Shown: piece after piece, positions 62,450 through 64,000 of the stretch
How the letters are laid out: every line of letters starts with the position of its first letter
Position numbering within the stretch: position 1 is the first letter of the stretch
Assembly (NCBI RefSeq): GCF_018350175.1
Contig: NC_058368.1
Coordinates: 76,200,001 to 76,264,000 of the forward strand
DNA length: 64,000 bases
DNA from: Felis catus
Lineage: Eukaryota
Reading direction: 5' to 3'
Program-made: the position numbers and the translations under genes
Notes under the pieces: model-generated
Seen by the model: only the letters and a program-made list of their open reading frames with translations
Databases searched by the model: none
What the model was told of the DNA's origin: nothing

Positions 62450-64000
62450 GAAAGGCTCAACGAAAAGCATTCTAAACTTACAAAAATTGTTACGCTCCTT
62501 CTTATTTTCATGCCCGTTAGTATTCCTTGGCTCCCCAGAGGGGGGGGAAGCAAGCTCGCGTATCGCATTTCCATATGTGCACTGCCTGCCAGGCTCCCAG
62601 AGTGTTTTCTGGCTCCTCGGTAGGTACAAGTGACAAAGCTCCTGTAAAAGCCAGTTATTTAATGCTTGCAACCAAGCCGGAGGTAGGACCTACTACCTCC
62701 TGTTTAGAAATGAAGATTCTGAGGCTGGTACTGTGCTTGGCACCCTTCTCCCCCTGTGCTTTCTCTGTGTTCCTTTCTCTGCCTCTGTCAGCCAGTGAAT
62801 TCAGCACCAGGCTCCAAATGTGCCCCAGCAGGCTGCTCCAGCGCCCCCCCACCCACCCCACCCCCGCCTCCGTGGCTTTCACTTACAAGCCAGGAAGATG
62901 CAGGAAACAGCCAGCTGCCTTGTGAAGCAGAAAGTGCCTTCAGAGAGAGGGAAGAGGGCCCACAGGGAGGGCAGTGAGGGCCAGATGCAGGGAGAAGTAA
63001 AAGAGAAAGAACATAATGGAGGCAGGAGAATGAGAACTTAGTTTGTGCTCTTGTCTTTTCATGCTTAGTACTCCTTCATGCCCTAATCTAATGTTTTGAT
63101 ATTTTTGTGGGAAGGAGGTTCAAATAGAGAAGCCTCTAAAAGCAGGATGGCCAATGGGTCTGTTTTAGGGTTGCTAAACCCTGAGGGTTTAAACCAAAAG
63201 AGAGTGTACTTAAGAGCATGTCAACGTAATTTCAGGACAAAAGTGTTACCTCTGCTGAACTGAGTCCACAATGTCAAATTTTCATGGCTCTGGACACTGG
63301 TGTTTTAAAATATCTACCTTAATTTCACGAAATAATATTTTATTCGCATGGAAGAAATATTTCCAATACAGACAAGGGAGTTTACATTGTGAAGCCAGGA
63401 AGCTTTGATGGTTAATACCAGCTGATTGCTCTGGTATATTATCATTTGTGAAAAAGTTAACTGTGATAATGTTACCATGTCTTGCCAACCTGTCATTAGT
63501 AAGGGGGTTAGGAGAAATACTTTTAGCCCAATTATCATTCCAGCTGCATGTCAATGTCAGTTGTATTAGCACAGCTGAGACTTAGCATTAAACCTGAGCT
63601 ACAACCAAATGATTATTTTGTCTTTTATTTTTTTTTTAAATCAGACAATTGGTCTCCCCGCATTGAATGATATGTGAATTCTGTTCATTGATTGGAAAAA
63701 AATAAAGCCCTAATTAAAGTTAATATATGTAAAGAGAGCATTGTTTCTCACGTTGAAATTAATCAGATGCATCCACGTTTATATGAGTTGTTTGTATTAA
63801 CAGAGAAAATGCAGAAGCATCTGAGGATAATCCAAAATGAATTCTCCAATTGAACAATCTAAAAAGGAAGTTATATTTTGTTTTTTGGTTTCACTGAAAA
63901 ATTGCAAAAGCTCAAAACTGGCATTCCTATGCACTGAAGAAAACTTGCAAAGAGTTTAAAAATTACCAAGCCCACTTGGTTTCAAGTCTAGCAGGGCAAT

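Noticed and set aside
7776..62671. Many ORFs containing GAWVAQSV..., RFCVSLSL..., ERERETQNPKQAPGSE...
   Set aside because: These are translations of CanSINE bodies, not genes.
1..64000. tRNA genes, CRISPR arrays or prokaryotic systems
   Set aside because: The tRNA-like A/B boxes belong to SINE heads, there is no repeat-spacer array, and the sequence is mammalian.

Overview
This is mammalian nuclear DNA, almost certainly from a felid. The evidence is about 23 tRNA-derived CanSINEs, several of the young SINEC_Fc type with clean target-site duplications (TSDs), plus a carnivoran L1. The window reads as gene-poor intergenic or intronic sequence, and I recognise no intact protein-coding gene. The ORF track is mostly noise from SINEs, L1 and microsatellites. 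Well-supported features are: a NUTF2 processed pseudogene split by a SINE (~9.2-10.5 kb); a 5'-inverted, twin-primed L1 with a large internal deletion (40.9-41.8 kb); old L1M, L2 and MIR relics; three MLT1 LTRs; and DNA-transposon MITEs (MER53, MER94, MER33, MER58B, MER5 and a Tigger-like element with TA TSDs). The main speculative lead is a chain of minus-strand candidate exons (24.9, 13.3, 7.2, 2.7 and 0.69 kb) that splice in one frame with only two internal stops. An alternative exon at 6.6 kb would give an intact 86-aa protein with a hydrophobic N-terminus followed by RRKKR. Other leads are a perfect 35-bp AT-rich inverted repeat, an AP-1/TEAD/STAT/TATA module ending in a splice donor, and a YY1 motif next to a long G4/i-motif tract. 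Repeat family names are recalled from memory of consensus sequences, not from a search, and the boundaries of old repeats are approximate.
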